This document shows positions 13,586 to 28,959 of a stretch of DNA of 64,000 bases, in pieces. This stretch comes from the human T2T-CHM13v2.0 reference genome, Homo sapiens. The number at the start of each line of letters is the position of its first letter. Positions within the stretch are counted from its first letter, which is position 1. The stretch lies in assembly GCF_009914755.1 (NCBI RefSeq), contig NC_060944.1. One strand, given 5' to 3'. Below the pieces are notes generated by a model. It had not been told where the DNA came from. It searched no databases and was given only the letters and a program-made list of their open reading frames with translations. The position numbers and the translations under genes were made by a program.

Positions 13586-14813
13586 CAGTAATTTCTGTAA
13601 TAATAGTATTATTGAGCTGGATCTTGAAAACAAACCCAGGCTCATTTTTTAAAGCTCCCTATTCAGAAGTCCGTATTTGTAAATATTTGTTTCTGAAGAC
13701 GTGGAAGTTTCTTAGATATTAATATAGAAACAAAGCTAATTTTTGTTAAAAGTATTTTCAGGATCAAGTAATGTGGTTGACTGCACTTTGTCTTTAAGAT
13801 GACGAAAGGTTAGTGCTTTTTAAATTGGAGTTTAAAAATAACTGAGTAATGAATTGACAGTCACTGAATGACTGAACAGAGGACAAACCCTGGAAAATAC
13901 AAATAAGAATTCTAAAGGAATTTGAATGCTATGCTTTTCATAATATAGTGATGATACATGAAGCACATTCTAATTGGAATAACCTGTATCCTACCTTTTG
14001 ATAATTGAGATGTCAGATTGGTGAGAGATTAGGTAGACATATTGAGGACTGTAACACTGATAGTTAATATCTGGTTTCGTGCTTAGAGAGCAAACCAAGT
14101 TAAATTTGGTGTGACCTGGGAATAGATGAAGTTTGTTGACAAGTAGAAAGTAACACAGTGCACTGAGTATTGACCGTTAAGTACTCTGTTTGCGTTTTAC
14201 TCCTACTGTCAAGATTTAAACTCACTAGACACTGTCTTAACACATCTTAGATATCTCTTTCCTATGAGTATAACTTGCTTTTGTTTTCTTTTTGCTGTGT
14301 TTACTCACATGTTTTTATAGTCAAAAGAAACTTGTCAGGTGAAAATATAATGGTGAATTTTAAAATGAAACTCATGGCTGTTTTACTTTCAACTGCTGTT
14401 CCAATAATGTCTCTAACCACCTTACATGCTCAGTAAATGTCTGCTGTGACTGCTTTTGGTTTTACTTGATGATGACAGCTCTAGAGATGGAAAGAAATGT
14501 CACCAAATGTATTTTAAGGATAAAAATCTTACCAAATTGTGTTTGTGAATATGAAGTTTGGCAGTAACTACTGATTTTTCAAAGATGCTTTGTAGCATTT
14601 TTAAAGTCAAAGAGCCATTGATATGAATTAGAAACTTCAAACTTAAGGAATTTTTAGGAGTCATGGAAAAGATCAGTATTTGGAATATATGCCAGAAGTC
14701 ATGTGTTTTATAAGTAGAATATTATAGGTTAACAGTCTAATTTTTGTTTTTTTAATTGTGTTCATCATTAACATAGGTTTTTGATTTTGTTGTTACTTTT
14801 TTAATGATTCTAG

Positions 14814-14921
14814 GGCTGTGCTTCCTGGAAGTGGTATTATCCATTTCATTATGCACCATTTGCTTCAGACTTTGAAGGCATTGCAGACATGCCATCTGAT
14901 TTTGAGAAGGGTACGAAACCG
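14814..14921 (+). CDS. XRN2: XRN2 coding exon (GCASWKWYYPFHYAPFASD...GTKP)
   Basis: tag|GGC...CCG|gtaag, 108 nt. Confidence 0.97.
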
Positions 14922-15008
14922 GTAAGCTTAATTACTTAAAGTCATAAAGTTTATAGAATTCTGGATTAGATAATAATCTTGGGTCTTTAATGTTTTTTCT
15001 TTTTTCAG

Positions 15009-15098
15009 TTTAAACCACTAGAACAACTTATGGGGGTATTTCCAGCTGCAAGTGGTAATTTTCTACCTCCATCATGGCGGAAGCTCATGAGTGATCCT
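15009..15098 (+). CDS. XRN2: XRN2 coding exon ([12 protein letters not shown]...MSDP)
   Basis: cag|TTT...CCT|gtgag, 90 nt. Confidence 0.97.
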
Positions 15099-15290
15099 GT
15101 GAGTCTCAGTATTTTGAGTGTGTGGGTGACAGGATTTTTGTCACATTTTATTCATATCAGTTACAATTGCTTTTGCAGCTGATAGTTAAAACAGTGAAGT
15201 ACAGAAACAGTATGTTTTTTACTCCAAACACACATATATTTCCTGCTTTCTTTGGCCCTGCACAGTAAATCAGTTTGTTTTGGGGAGAAA

Positions 15291-15610
15291 TTTTTTTGTT
15301 TAGTTTTTGATTTTTTTGTTTGTTTGTTTGTAAGACGGAGTCTTGCACTGTTGCCCAGGCTGGATTGCAGTGGCACCATCGGCTCACTACAAGCTCTGCC
15401 TCCCGGGTTCACGCCATTCTCCTGCCTCAGCCTCCTGAGTAGCTGGGACTATAGGTGCTCGCCACCACGCCCAGCTAATTTTTTGTATTTTTAGTAGAGA
15501 TGGGGTTTCACCTTGTTAGCCAGGATGGTCTTGATCTCGTGACCTCGTGATCTGCCCACCTCGGCCTCCCAAAGTGCTGGGATTACAGGCGTGAGCCACC
15601 GTGCCTGGCC
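15291..15610 (-). mobile_element. Alu (Y-type)
   Basis: Antisense Alu with diagnostic ttcacgccattctcc. Confidence 0.95.
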
Positions 15611-16056
15611 GGGGAAAAATTTTTGTTCTCTGGCTACCTGTAAGTCTTTAATTTTATTTGTTCCAGCCATATTTGGTAGCCACCAGAGATGAGGAAACTG
15701 CCTTACCCAAAATCACCTGTGAACTTGTTTTGTATGCTAGCTAGAAAGAGTGAGACCCAGCCGGGAAGTAGGAAATGTTAGAGTACGTAAACCCTTTACT
15801 TTCTGCCTGCCTGAAGCCCATAGTTGTCAATTCTAAAATTCTTCTACAGTAATGCTTTTTCATCTTTTAAAATAACATTGTTCATTTTGTTTTACTATAC
15901 TTGGGATTAATGACCTAATGTCTCTTAACATTTTTTAAAAGGAATGCACTTTATTTTCTCATCAGACCTTATAACTTGAATGAAAGTCATATCAAATTCT
16001 TTATAACAGAGATGTGTGACTTCTGTTTTGATTCTTTACTTTTCTCCCTAATATAG

Positions 16057-16129
16057 GATTCTAGTATAATTGACTTCTATCCTGAAGATTTTGCTATTGA
16101 TTTGAATGGGAAGAAATATGCATGGCAAG
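16057..16129 (+). CDS. XRN2: XRN2 coding exon (DSSIIDFYPEDFAIDLNGKKYAWQ)
   Basis: tag|GAT...G|gtaaa, 73 nt. Confidence 0.97.
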
Positions 16130-16214
16130 GTAAAATTTAGACGTTCTTTTCTGGTAAAACTGTGAACAAACATAATTTTTGAAATGAAATAATTCTGTAA
16201 AAGATAAATATTTT

Positions 16215-16435
16215 AGCCTGGGCAACATGGTGAAATCTCATTTCTACAAAAAATACAAAAATTAGCCTGGCGTGGTGGCTTGCACCTGTAGTCCCATCTA
16301 CTTAGGAGGCTGAGGTGGGAGGATTGCTTGAGTCTGGGAGGTCTGGGTTACAGGGAGCCACGATTGCACCACTGCATTCCAGCCTGGAAGACAGAGTGAG
16401 GCCCTGTCTCATAAATAAATAAATGAATAAATAAA
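16215..16435 (+). mobile_element. Truncated Alu (J-type)
   Basis: Partial left arm plus right arm, (TAAA)n tail. Confidence 0.9.
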
Positions 16436-16912
16436 TATTTTAAAAGGTAAATATTTTGAGAATTATATGTGAAATGTTGATATTTCTCCATCCAACCTGG
16501 GATTAGCAATGATTAATAGTAAATTTAATTATAACATTCTTAGAAGCAGTAAATTGGGTTGAAATAGGTTGATAATTACATCTTTTGTTTCCTTTGTGAT
16601 TAATTAATGGGGCTTGTTACATTCAGTCAGTAGCTCATTAACACCTTTTGAGGTTGCTGAGAAATACAGAAACACAGTAGTATCCATGTGGAGATTTATG
16701 TATACTCCATGGAAACTTTTGAAAAATATGCTAGAAACTTTTATGTAGTTTAAATACTTGATGTTGATCATTACTTTTCCTACTAGTTTTTCATTCCATT
16801 AACAGATTTTGTAGGAATGGCTATATAAAATTTGTACTAACTTTAAGGTGTGTTTACCACTCAACCAATATGTAATGATGATTGAATGTAAAGTACAATA
16901 AAGAAATATCTT

Positions 16913-17261
<349 letters not shown>

Positions 17262-17894
17262 CTAAAGTCATCCTGCAGCAAATTATTTAACCTTTTCTTC
17301 CACCATACATTTTCCTAGGGTAATAAACACATTTGGTAAAATCATATTTTCATTTTTTACTTATTGTTCTCTGTGGTTGGAATGGCCAATAAAATGACTT
17401 ACAGAGAATCTTGAGACAAAGGGGGAATAAATAATACAATTTACAAATTGAAAAATCAGGAGGCTTTGGAGTTGACTTGATTTATTTAGTAGCAGAAATA
17501 TCATATCGCTTCAGTGGAATGATCATGGAAGTGCACCCATTGGGGTTATATAAGGGTTGTGTGCTTCATGAGCATGTATTATTACATGTTAAATGGATTG
17601 GAGATTCGGGTTTTTCAAGGTGCTTTGTGGAGGATGTCTTGATTAAAGCAGAGAGAGAAGATGCATGGGACAGTGAGGGATGTAAAAATACTAAGTAAAT
17701 TAAGAAGCAAATATATTTTTGTGTTTGTTAAATAAGTAAATTATTAAATCGTTGTCTGGGTTTATTAAGTAGATAATTAAATATATAAACATGCAGGTGA
17801 CTTGTCAACTCTGTCATTGTGGTATACATTATTTCTTTCACTGACAGGATATTTTCAATATAACTTAACTCTAGGGGAAAAGTGAGATAATGTA

Positions 17895-18725
17895 CAAGAG
17901 TTCAGATTTCTTCACATCCTCTCCAACATTTGTTATTTTGTTTTTATTAGTAATAACCATGCTAATGGGTATGAATGGTATTTCATTGTGGTGGCGATTT
18001 GCATTTTCCTAATGATTAGTGATACTGAACATCGTTTCATGTCCTTTTTGGCCATTTCTAAATCTTTGGAGAAATGTCTGTTCAAATCCTTTGCTCAATT
18101 TTGAATTGGGTTGATTTTGTTGTTGCATTATAGAAGTTTTTTATATATTCTAGACATTAATCTTTTATTGGATATATGATTTGCATGTATTTTCTCTTAT
18201 TCTGTGGATTATCTTTTCACCCTGTGATGATGTCCTTTGATGCACACAAGTTTTTAATTTTGATGAAATCAAGTTTATCTTTTTTGTTGTTTCCTGTGCT
18301 TTTGGTGTCATATCCAAGAAATCTTTACCAAATCCGACATCATGAATCTTTTTTCCTATGTCTGCTTCTAAAAGTTACACAGTTTTAGTTCTTACATTTA
18401 AATCTGATCCATTTTGAATTAATTTTTGTATATGGTGTAAAGTAATGGTCCAACTTCATTCTTTTGCATGTGCATATCAGATTTTCCCGGCACCACTTGT
18501 TGAAAAGACCATTCTTCCCCCCATTGAATAAGTTGGCACTCTTTGTTGAAAATATTCTGGGCTGTCTATTCTAGTCCATTGAGCTATGTGTTTTTCCTTA
18601 TGCCAATGCTATACTGTTGTAATTACTGTCGCTTTGTAGTGAGTTTTGAAGTCAGAAATTGTGTCTTCCAACTTTATTCATATTCAAGGTCCCTTGAGAT
18701 TTCACATGAATTTTAGGATGGGTTT
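17895..18725 (-). mobile_element. L1 (L1M-type) fragment
   Basis: Antisense L1 ORF2/3' motifs (gagaaatgtctgttcaaatcc, cccggcaccacttgttgaaaaga). Confidence 0.85.
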
Positions 18726-19000
18726 AAATTTTGACCTCAAATATTTTTGTATTTTATACAATGTTTTATATAAATATTTTTACTTAGCTTAGTAGCGAGA
18801 ACACACTTTTCTTGAGGTAAAATTTAGTACTGTTGGGAAATACAGTTTCTTCCTCATACATGTTTTTAAAACTTACTTAGTGAAAGTAATGATAATACTT
18901 AGTTAAGCTCTTACCTGGGTTGAGCACATCTTAATAGAAGATAAACTATATCTGGATACGTCAACATTTTTAAATGTGTGCTTATCAACATTATATGTAA

Positions 19001-19366
<366 letters not shown>

Positions 19367-20154
19367 TAGTAGTTTTGATGCTGTATATTTTATATATGAA
19401 TAGAGAATTTAAGTAATTCCATCAAGTCACACAGTGGCAGAGTTAAGACCTGAACTCAGAAAGTCTGATACTAGAGCTCACATTTGAAGTGACTGTGTAA
19501 TACCTAAGTTATTACCAGTACTTGGGCTCCCTCTGGGTATTGAAAGAATTCAGTGAGATAATGCATGTAACATAAGAAGTGTTCAGAAAACAGTAGCTGC
19601 TATTCTCATGTTTACTATCAGCTCACTGTAGCTCTGTCATATCTGGATGTAAGGCATTCCTTTCTATGCTGGCCAGTAGGGCTAATTTATTGCTTAGTAA
19701 TTTTCTTGCTGTTGAGTAGCACTTCACATTGTTAACTGATTGGATTTAGCTTCTGGAATTGATATTGTAGAAAAGTCTTATTTTATATATGTATAATATT
19801 TAATATATAATATTTAATATTTAATATATAATATAATATATGTTTATATATATTTTATATATATATAAATATAAATAAATGTAGTGGGTAGGATATATAT
19901 ATATATATATCTTAAATGTAGTGGGTAGAAAACAAGCTAGATGATGCTGTAGTTTCCCCTTGATATAGTTCTCTTAAGTGTATGACTAAATAATGTTTTA
20001 GCAATTTCCTGGGTTTTTTTCATGTGTTTATCAGTAATTGAAATAGCCTGACTCACATGTTAGGTATTAAGAGCCTTGAAATCACTCTTTTAGGCCATTC
20101 AAAATTCATACTAGAACTTAGTTTCTTTTTAACTTAAAAAGAAAAAAAAAAGAT

Positions 20155-20536
<382 letters not shown>

Positions 20537-21432
20537 TCATTTCTCATAATTTTAAAGGGAATAATCACAAATAACAGTGGTTTTGAGTAGCAGTAGTTTC
20601 AGAATTATTTAACACTATTTAGCATTTGTCTTTGCTGTGTATTGTAAAATTTTTGTTTAGCCAAAATACTACTTATACTGTGTAGAGCAGAAAATATATA
20701 CGCTTCAATAACTTTGTATATTTTTCTTATAGCATTGTATTAGTGATGTGCTTCTTTGAAAATTATGCTTTTGGGTCCAAATAAGTGCCCTTAATTTCAG
20801 CATACTCCAGAGGATCATTTTAAGTCTCAAATGAATAGCCTCTGTTCTGTCCCCTGCCCCCTAAGTTATTTAAGCAAGTCTTTAAAATTTTTTTGTATAT
20901 AAATTAATTAGTAGGCTTTAAAATGTAAAAAGAATACTATGGAATTTTAGAGCAGGAGGAGATCTATGCATTTTGGTTGAACAGAATTGAGTATTTTAGT
21001 TGAAATGCTCTCATTTTACAAAAGATGAAACCAAGTACTAGAAAGAAGAAAGGACACACTCAAGCCCTAGGGAGAGTAACTGGCTTGCTTGGGGGCATCT
21101 TAGTAACTAAAGTGAGAACATATTACTGGTATCCAGGTAGCCATTTGTTCATTTATTTAAAATTTTTATCACCATGGAGTTAAGATTCAGAAAACATGAT
21201 TTTCCATATAAGCCATTTTAAGAATGGAAAATACGTAGAATTTTTTCTTCTGCAACTACAGGGGAAATATTAGCATCTGAGTTTTGGCTTAATGAGACAA
21301 TAAGAGTTCAGTTCCAAAATGTTTTTGTATCAGCAAGGAAACTCTACTAGAAACGTTCATTTCGAGCAATGATAAGTTGGAATTTGGGTGATCCTGGTAG
21401 CAGGGGTGGTTCATTTGCACTTGTTTTTTCAG

Positions 21433-21516
21433 GTGTTGCTCTCTTGCCATTCGTGGATGAGCGAAGGCTACGAGCTGCCCTAGAAGAGGTATACCCAGAC
21501 CTCACTCCAGAAGAGA
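21433..21516 (+). CDS. XRN2: XRN2 coding exon (VALLPFVDERRL...TPEE)
   Basis: cag|GT...A|gtaag, 84 nt. Confidence 0.97.
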
Positions 21517-22344
21517 GTAAGAATTATACTTCTTAGTTAACATTGATCTGTGTAATATACACTTTATATTTCTGTATAAAATTAGACCTTCCTTCTCCTG
21601 TTTGTCAGATTTCCCATAAAGGGGATATAAATCATTGATTTTATTTTCTTATTACAGACGTTGACTTTGCTTCTTAATTCATTATCTGTAAGTTGAGTAG
21701 TAGTTAAATAAAATGTTTTAACTTACAAGTATTTCTTAAATTTTTTAAAAAGCAATACTTCAACAATATCCTTTGACATTTTGATTCTTATATGACATGC
21801 ACACACGAAAGTATCTTTTGCCTGTTGGGAAGATATTATTCATTTTCTCCATCTACCTTCTTCCCTACTCCTCCTTTCTCCCCAGTAATAACTACTTTGT
21901 TTAAAAGGTTAGGGTGAAACAAAAGCATATGCTCTTAGAGTGCTAACTTGAAATATGACATAAAAGGAGGCAATTTGTAATCAATACTGACAGTAAAAAG
22001 TATTCATATTCGGAAATTGCAAAGCTGGGCTCTATTGAAAAATTTAATACCATTATAATAAGCCTCTAGAAACAATTTCTGTATCAAAAAGATTGTCTTT
22101 TAGAACAATCTTTTCATCAAATGACACTGTATATGTTTCCTTAGGGAATGATTATGTATTTCTTATACTAAGAAAATGAGTTTATTATAAAAAGAAAATA
22201 TTGCCCTTTATCTTGCAGTATATTCATACGTATTTCAGTGGGTTTTTTTTCCTGATAACTATTGATCTTTTTGAAACTTTTTTGTTAAAATATTTTTTTC
22301 CCCATAGAGGCACATCACGCATTTAGATCTATCACTATAATTAA

Positions 22345-22582
22345 AAAATTTTTTTTAAATTGATATGTAATAGTTACACATGTATTTTGGGTCCATGTGA
22401 TATTTTGATACCTATATACAATATGTGATCAAAATAGGGTAATTGGGATATCCATCACCTCACATTTATCTTTTCTTTGTGTTGGGAACATTACAGTTTC
22501 TTTCTTCTATTTTGAAATATGTAATAAATTACTAACTTCTCCACAGTACTATCAAATACTAGAACTTACTCTTGTCTAACCT
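22345..22582 (-). mobile_element. L1MA-type 3' end fragment
   Basis: gtgatcaaaatagggtaattgggatatccatcacctc motif. Confidence 0.75.
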
Positions 22583-22723
22583 ATCACTTTAAAATTATTT
22601 TTCATAAATTTTATAATTAAGTTCTTAACACTTAGATGCTTTCCCTTGTTTTATGCTCATAAAAATTGGTCTTGCAGGTACAATTTTTTTATGTGTAGGT
22701 CTTATTCTTTTCTTTCTCCCTAG

Positions 22724-22821
22724 CCAGAAGAAACAGCCTTGGAGGTGATGTCTTATTTGTGGGGAAACATCACCCACTCCATGACTTCATTTTAGAGCTG
22801 TACCAGACAGGTTCCACAGAG
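22724..22821 (+). CDS. XRN2: XRN2 coding exon (RRNSLGGDVLF...GSTE)
   Basis: tag|CC...GAG|gtatg, 98 nt. Confidence 0.96.
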
Positions 22822-22854
22822 GTATGTTACACAATTTGGTTAATTAGAAATGCA

Positions 22855-23210
22855 CTTTTTAAAATTTTGGTAAAATATGCATAACATAAAATTTACCATT
22901 ATAACCATTTTTAAGTGGTTATTCTGTGGCATTAAGTATATTTCCAGTGTTGTATAACCATTAGCACTTTTTCAGAACTTTTTCATCTTCCCAAATAGAA
23001 TTTCTGTACCTTTTAAATAATGTTAAATAATGTATCAGAATTTCATACCTTTTTATGGCTGAATAATACTCTATGTGTACTTTTTTATCCACTTATCTAT
23101 TGGTAAATATTTGGGTTTGTTTCTGCCTTTTGGCTCTTATGAATGATGCTGCTATGAACACTCAAGAATCTGCTTGAGTCCCAGTTTTCCATTCTTTGCA
23201 TATGAGATCA
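22855..23210 (-). mobile_element. L1M 3' fragment
   Basis: ttttatggctgaataatactc...gctgctatgaaca motifs. Confidence 0.7.
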
Positions 23211-23229
23211 GGAATGCATTTTTCCACAG

Positions 23230-23309
23230 CCAGTGGAGGTACCCCCTGAACTATGTCATGGGATTCAAGGAAAGTTTTCTTTGGATGAAGAAGCCATTCT
23301 TCCAGATCA
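23230..23309 (+). CDS. XRN2: XRN2 coding exon (PVEVPPELCHG...ILPD)
   Basis: cag|CCA...CA|gtaag, 80 nt. Confidence 0.96.
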
Positions 23310-23499
23310 GTAAGTTTCATTTTGTATATAATTGAGGTGACTGGAAGGAAGTTTAGTTAGGATTTTTTTCCTTGTTGTCTAAATGTTTATTTTCTAATAA
23401 TAGTGAGAAAATTGTATTTAAAATAAGACAAAACCTTGCTGACTGAAAAATGCTTGGGTTCAAAGCCTAGCTCTTCAAAGTAGCTGTGTCACCTTGTGC

Positions 23500-23920
23500 A
23501 GGGAGCTCTGGGAGTCCCTTTCAGGATATTCTGAAGGTTAAAACTCTTTTCATAATGATACTAAGATGTTACGGTGTTACTTGCTTTTCTTACACTTTCT
23601 CTCTTGAGTGCACAGTGGAGTTTTCCAGAGGCCTCTCAAGAGATAGAAGCAGAGGAGAGTAGCTATTAAATAGATACTAACCAGATATTAATGAGATTTT
23701 TGAAAGTATACAACAATGACATCGTTTTGCTTTGTAAAAAAATAGCTTTTTATAAGAATGTTATTTATGTTAACATGTAGGGTTATCTTTTAGTATTTTA
23801 AAAATTTCTTAGTCATAATTTTTAATGGGTAAATGTTCATAAATATAACCACTATAAACAAAAGCCCTTTGAGATTTAAGAATGTAAAAGGGTTCTGAGA
23901 CCAGAGTTTGTGAACCACAT
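23500..23920. mobile_element. hAT-Charlie DNA transposon relic
   Basis: Terminal gggttctgagaccagagtttgtgaaccac and internal motifs. Confidence 0.55.
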
Positions 23921-24380
23921 GTCAAGGGTACATTTCCAGGAATGGAACTGCTGGCCATAGAGTATGTGTATCTTCATTTTTTTTCTAGGTAATATTTCTA
24001 GGAGGTTTGTCAAGGTGGTTACACTGTGTTGTAATCCCAGTGGCAGTTTGTGAGAGATCTTGTTGCTCTACGTTTTGGCAAACCCTTGTCACAGCTTTAA
24101 TTTCTGTCAGTCTGGTGGATGCTCATTGACATCTTGTGGTTTATAGTTGCAGTTCTTTGAGTACTAATGAGATTGAATGCCTTATGGTTAATAGTTAACC
24201 ATTTCATGTATGTGGTACTTACTCTTTTTTTTTAAGATATAAATGGTTTTTATTGTTTTTGTTAGTGCATTCTAATGATTTATCTTTTCTAAAGACTAAC
24301 AAACATAGCAACATCTTATTTCCACTTACCTAAAAGGTTACAGTTTACAGAGAGATGTTTCTTCTCTTGTTTCCTTCTAG

Positions 24381-24437
24381 AATAGTATGTTCTCCTGTTC
24401 CTATGTTAAGGGATCTGACACAGAACACTGTAGTCAG
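24381..24437 (+). CDS. XRN2: XRN2 coding exon (IVCSPVPMLRDLTQNTVV)
   Basis: tag|A...AG|gtaag, 57 nt. Confidence 0.95.
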
Positions 24438-25887
24438 GTAAGTTTTCCAAAATTCATGGCATTCACCCAGAACACAGCTCTGAACTTGCAAATCCATTTT
24501 AAAAGACCTTTGATTCACAAGGAAATGGCAGCTGTTAATCCACCAATGCTTCGAGATTGGAGAGTCCCTGTGTTGCAGACCTTACAGCAGAGCCTCTTAA
24601 CTCTAAATTATGTATATTGTTAAGGTTACTGATTTAACATGCTTGCTTATCTGTTTTCTGGTTTCCCATGACAACCTGTAATTCTTCCTGGATTAGGCAA
24701 GTGGGAGGTAAAGAGTAGGAGTATCTAGCAGTTTGTTATATAGGAACAAACAGAACTCTACACCCCAGAGGTTCACACAGCTTCCCTGTATTACAACAGA
24801 CTATTTTACTTATGTTTATAATCATGGCCCTGCAGAGTTTGAACACAAAAATATTCTGTAGTATGTTTTAGTTAAGATGACATAGAACAGAATATATTTG
24901 TGAAAATTTTTATTAGCAATTATAAACTTAAAGGGCTAATTTCTTCTCTCTGGAAAACTAATTTATATCTCAGTTCTTTGGTGCTGACAGCATTTTCTAT
25001 TGAGTAAAAATAATATAAAATGTAATATGACCATTTGGACTAAAATCCAACAAATTGACTACTCATTTGTATTTTATAATGACAAATCTTGATGACAGAA
25101 TTTAGTTGTCATTTTCTCCAATCTTTAGGTAAGACTAAAGCAAACACATCTCAGGTATTCAAGAATTTGATAAAAGCCTGCTAATCCTGAATCCTCCTTT
25201 TCCATCCATTTTTGTTTCTCTCCCCCTCAGGAAATATTTTAGATTTTTTTTTAGATTTCCCTTTGTGAAATATAAACATGTTTATTTCCTATCTTAAATG
25301 GATTCAGGTAGTAAATGATTGCCATTCTAGAAAGGCTTTTATTTAAAGAAAACTACTGTGAATTCGAAAAATCTTTCTGGATGAGTTGCTTACGTTTATC
25401 TTTACGTATAATTTTTTGTTTATCTTTACACCTAATTTGTCCTGGTTCTTTGTCTTTGTGCTCTTTTGTTAAGGGTGGAGTACAGAATTGAAAGCCACGC
25501 TCCTAAACCCATCACAAACAATCTGGCTCTGACAGATTCAGTGTGAACACTGTGTATTAACCCTTGGAGTCTCTGGCTTTCATTAAAGCATTGGCGCTTC
25601 AGGCCAATTAATTCCACGGTTCTCTCTTTGGATTGTCACATGTTTGCTTGTGCTTCTCAATTTTTCTGCATATATTCAAGGGCCTTCCTGCCTAACCCTC
25701 TAGAAATAGTTAATTCTACTTAACTTTCTAATTAGGATAGAGAGGCTTGCCCAGAGGAGAGTTACAGAGTTAATGGAAACATTTTGGATTTTTTGTTTGG
25801 ATGATGATGATGTTGGTTGGTTGTTTCTGAGCCTAAAGGGGCCTTTGGTATTTAGTACATACTGTGTTCACAAGATTATTAAATTTA

Positions 25888-26204
<317 letters not shown>

Positions 26205-28959
26205 CTAAATGCATATTCAGGTGTATATTGAAAATAACTTTATAATAAAATCAACTAAATTAGGTTAATTTGCTGAAGATTTGTGGGAGACCAAAGTTAA
26301 CTTTTCCCTTAGGTAAAAGTAATTTTCAGTGTTTTCTCTGAAGGGCGGCAACATTGAGGCAGAGATCCAGTTTTTACAGCAGGTTTTTGCATGTTTGTTT
26401 TAGGGCTTGTTGTACATTCCAGTGTTAAATTTGCTTTATAACTTTAACTTACAATTTTCAGATTTAAAAAATCTCAGAATATACTCACCAGTCATTTGCC
26501 AGTTATTTCTCTTTTGACTCCTGGCATTTTTTTCCTCTTCCTTATTTAAATACATCTAGTATCCCATTTGATATTTGAGAAATCGTTTCCTCAAGTTGAG
26601 TTTAGGTAAGTTCTTCCCATTGTATTCATTCTTATCTGTAGTGCTCAGAAAGTATGTTATACAAGCTGTTGAAGTCCCTTAAATTCGTAGACAGACCCTT
26701 AGAGAATATAGTCAACTCTAACCTAGGAGATCATATTTTTTTCCCATTTCTAATTCCACAAATTATTCAACATATTAGCTTCTGCATGTGAGTTTTCCTC
26801 CCAGTCTGTCATCTGGAGGGTAAGTGCATATGTGTGCTTTTACTTTTTCAAGGCCTGATGCACCTTGGCAGGGCCCTGGCCCTGTGCTTGAACCCCCAGG
26901 TCCTCAGGATGCTTCCTTCCTGCCCAGGCTGATCCCTTCAATACCCTTTGACCTCCGCCTCTTCCTCCTGTTGTTTGGAGTGCTCTTCCTTTCTTTTCTC
27001 CACCTGCCCCATAGCCTGCCGTTTATTGCTTTGCTTTTCTTCTAAAGCATAATTTATACAGTTTTTATATATGTTGTTTCCAGCAGTAGTGTTGTTAGGT
27101 TGTTTTTTTTTTTTTTCTCATAGCACCTAGCAGAGTTCTAAACCCATATTTAAAAAGCTCAGTTGTTCATAGTGTTGCAACCAGTGTTTGCCAAAGTCTT
27201 TGAAGAGCGTAAACTTTTTTCTTCAGAGGAGTGTTTCTTAGACTTTTTGTATTCACTTTTGGATGAATCAGACAAGATATAGAATGTTTTATTCCTTCAA
27301 GGAGATTTTTTGTTTTAATGTGAATGTGTATGGAGATGGATTTTTTAAGTAACTATTTCTGCAGCATTTGCAAGGCTTATGCTTGGCAAGCAGATAACTC
27401 AAGATCCAAAGCCTGAAGGAAGTGGAATACATGCAGTCAGCAGTGGATTTGATGGTGGAAAACAGTTGGGAGGGTTTCACTTTCGATGCTTAATTGGTTA
27501 ACCTCTTCTGATAGAATGTCACAATCCTATAAACTCTTTAAGTGTTTTAAAATGTCAAGTATATGAATCATGAGATTTTCCTGCAAGAACAGTTTGCCTT
27601 TGTATGCCAATTTAGCATTAATTATGGAATGTATCAGGGAAAGGTTGTGTAAAAATGAAACTTGATATTTGGAGTTTTCTGCTTTCTTTCTGAATTATGT
27701 TAACACTCTCTAACAGTAATACTTAAAATAGCATTTCTAAGGATAATTCTTAAAGCGAATCAGAAAAAGGTGTTCTATATTCCATTCCTTTTCTATTGAG
27801 ACTTTGCTACAGTATTTTCTTCTTACCAGCAGTGCTGAAAGTGCTACTTGTGGTATAAATAAAAGCACTGTTCAGTTTCCTTATTTTCAACCATGCTTAG
27901 GTTTTAAATTTTTATTTACTTTGCCCTTGATGTGTTTATGAAGACAATCAAGCATTTAAAATAGTGAGGTTACCTATTAAGGAAAGGATCTGTTATGCTA
28001 CTTGGGGGAAAGCTGGTCTGGTACATAAAAGCTTGATGAGTCAACAGTGTTTCACCTGCATTTGGAAAAAGTGGATGAAAATACTGTTGTTTAAAAATAC
28101 TTCAGTTTACAGAATTAGATGAAGCAATACGAATCTAAACACAAGTCTCTTACCTCAGCTGGTCAGACTGTTGAGTCCGTAGGCTGTATTAACTCATTTC
28201 CTTCCTCTGCTTCTCAGAGCTTGCTTGAGGGTGCTTCTCTCTTTACCTCAGTGTTACTTACTACTTCCCTAGATAAGCCTTCCACAAGTAACCCTTTTGC
28301 TTCTGATGATGGAATTTAAATGACATAGACATGAAAAAAATAAAAGACCTTCAAATGTTTGGATCCATATAAAAAGTTACCTTTCTGAGTCTTTGCCTAA
28401 TGGGTTCCTGCTTAGTCTGTGTGTTTGACTTTTAGGAAGTTTGTTTGAATCTGAGTTATGGCTGTTATCACATTGGAAAAATACATTTCTAAAAACATAG
28501 TAGATCTTAGTATACATTTTTGGGAACAAATTAAGATACTAAGAATCTTTCAACCCTTGGAAGCTTAATCCATTTTAGGAGAGAGTGTGTCTTCAAATTG
28601 TTCTCAAAGATCCAAGGAAAAATGATATTAATACTTTGGTATCATAAATAGTGTCCTCATCTTTGAATGGAAACTTCCAAACTTATTTTTAGATACTCCT
28701 TTTCTATCTCCTAATGGTTTGTATTGTATTAAGTGTGTAGATCCTTTTGTTGAATGTGGTTCTGAGGGGAAGTAGGGATGATCTTGGAGACTGTCCTATT
28801 GACTTGGAAAGTTTTTCCCTTTCAGAGCATGAGCATGAATAATGGAATTTTAAAAACAATTTTATTAAGGAATAATTGGAAAACAAATGGATTTGTTTTC
28901 TCAAACTTTAGTTTCAGCTGTCTTATTAAATCTCTTGTTATAACCATTCTCCTGCAGAA

